Assembly (NCBI GenBank): GCA_965603825.1
Contig: CBFDEM010000030.1
Span: 62,001 to 126,000 of the forward strand
DNA: 64,000 nt
Reading direction: 5' to 3'
Source: Blepharisma stoltei ATCC 30299
Taxonomy: Eukaryota > Protista > Ciliophora
The notes beneath the pieces are model-generated. The model was not told the origin of the DNA, searched no databases, and saw only the letters and a program-made list of their open reading frames with translations. A program made the position numbers and the translations under genes. Of the stretch, positions 62,461 through 64,000 are shown piece after piece. Every line of letters begins with the position of its first letter. Position 1 is the stretch's first letter.

Positions 62461-64000
62461 ATGTCACGTCTGTGTTTTAAGAAAGGCTGTGAACTCGAAG
62501 TTCAGTATATATGCCAAACTTTCTCTGCAGAAATCTACTCTTGCAAATTGCATCTTGAAGAGCTACTTAAATTACCCAATCGAGATCATATGATAGATTC
62601 GATTCTCATGGAGCATTGTGAATGAACTAAAGATGCAGTTCTTGAGTATCTTGAAAAAGAAAAGTCTAAGAAAGAGTATTTGAAGGAGGTATTCTTTGCT
62701 ACTTTTAGAAAAGAACTTCACAGAAAAGGTATTGAAGAGACGCTAAGAAAGCTGGATTCAGATTTGGAAGAATTTAAAAGGTTAATTGAAAAAACCGTTC
62801 AAGCTGATAACTCAGGCCTATTAAGTAGCATTAGGCGATTTTGCGAATTGAACAAGCTAAGAACTAAAATATCTGCTGTCTTAGCCAGGCCTAACAGTGC
62901 ACAAGCAGAACAAGACTTTAGAAGTACGATCTCCATGTATGAAAATAAGACTCTTGATCCGTTAATTGCACAAGCTTATCAAGAATACGTCAAAGTTTAC
63001 CATCAAGCCACATCTCTTTATCGAGTTACTTCAGACTATGATGGAAAAAATAGTTTGCTTATTTATGACACTGAAAATGAGAAAGAAGAAGAAAAAGAAC
63101 TAAAAATTCCATTTCAATTAAATTCTGAAAAAACGATTACTCAACTACCAAATGGCGAGTTATTTTGTTTTTCTGAATCAAATCCAGTTATAATTGACAA
63201 AAATTATGGATTCCTAGTCCTTCCAGCTGGAGATCCCAATTTCGAAATCGCTATTTATTTTGACAGAAACGTCTATTGTTTTGGATCAGAGGAAGATTTT
63301 GGAGGCCGGTGCAGTAGATTTGATATGGATTTATATTGCTGAAGGAAAATAAATCCGATTGGAGGGACGGATTCTAAGTATCATGGAGTATTATTTAATG
63401 GTAATATTGTGATTTCTGGATATTGAGACATAAATCTTAAGCTATATACAGTTGGAACCGACTCTTGATCAAATATTGATTATAAATTTGGGAATGCTAA
63501 AATAAAGATCATGATAAATGCAAATGATGAGAGATTATATGTTATTGAGCCTCGTGGCTCTATCTATGAAAGTGAATTTGGAAGTGAGTATAATTGGCAG
63601 CGCTTAGCAAAATCAATTATTACTGGATATAACAATTACATTACTTGTTCATATAATAAAGGAGGATTTTACATCTTAAATAGCATGGGATCTTGTAGAG
63701 AATATTGCAAATTTAATTTAGATCAAAAAGTGTTCATTGAGTTTGCTTACTATGATAAACATGTAGCTTTTAGAAGGGTAGGTAAAATGTTTGAAGCAAT
63801 TGAATGCCCTAACCAAAATTTTAGCCTTGACCCTAAAGATGTGTTTCTTTACAACAATAAAGAGTATTCTCTTTATTATTTAGGATTAAACCTAGAAAAA
63901 ATAGAGTGATGTAATGAAGAAATCAAATTCAACCCGACCAATGCTGAAACTTACAATAATAAAGGCAAAGCCCTTTATGCAATTGGAAGAAATCTTGAAG
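62461..64000 (+). CDS. Zn-finger / propeller / TPR protein, copy C, 3'-truncated by the window
   Basis: ATG 62461 (alternative 62446); the frame is open to the window end with TGA=Trp. Confidence 0.85.

Larger units (their letters stand above)
56470..64000 (+). repeat. Tandem segmental duplication, ~2.9-3.0 kb unit, at least 2.5 copies (runs off the window)
   Basis: Homology starts near TGTTTTAACT..CTTAGTCCTAGTAGATTAAGCTTCCATCAAG at ~56470, ~59380 and ~62380. Both coding regions and spacers are nearly identical. Confidence 0.95.

Noticed and set aside
1-64000. tRNA, rRNA or autonomous transposase genes
   Set aside because: No cloverleaf, rRNA-like GC-rich block, or DDE/RT motif was recognised by eye. 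A tRNAscan-SE/Infernal run would be needed to exclude them.

Overview
AT-rich eukaryotic DNA, most likely the somatic (macronuclear) genome of a heterotrich ciliate such as Blepharisma. Two signatures point there. First, in-frame TGA is read as Trp: it sits in the invariant WDxxGQ motif of an ARF and alternates with TGG between paralogs, while genes end only in TAA/TAG. Second, there are tiny 15-17 nt GT-AG introns with an A at position 10. The supplied ORF track is therefore badly fragmented. Re-read with UGA=Trp and the introns removed, the window holds about 19 genes. (1) A very tightly packed block: glucokinase-like 3' end, DCTN5, AIM24-like, Nsp1/Nup62-like, a multi-HTH protein and a Kelch/Cys-rich membrane protein. 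(2) Two MFS transporter paralogs. (3) Five paralogs of a ~2,450-2,500 aa receptor-like protein (signal peptide, LNR/Notch repeats, GGA(I/V) beta-helix, Cys-rich region, ~9 TM segments, acidic tail); four are in tandem, one is inverted and one is frameshifted. (4) A small charged protein, ARMC2 and a divergent ARF. (5) A young ~3 kb tandem array of Zn-finger/propeller/TPR genes. The best leads are a 56-bp TA-bounded palindrome present in only one of two duplicated spacers (IES/MITE-like), one intron whose length varies 15/16/17 nt between paralogs, and the mosaic LNR-receptor family. All family assignments come from reading motifs by eye; no searches were run.
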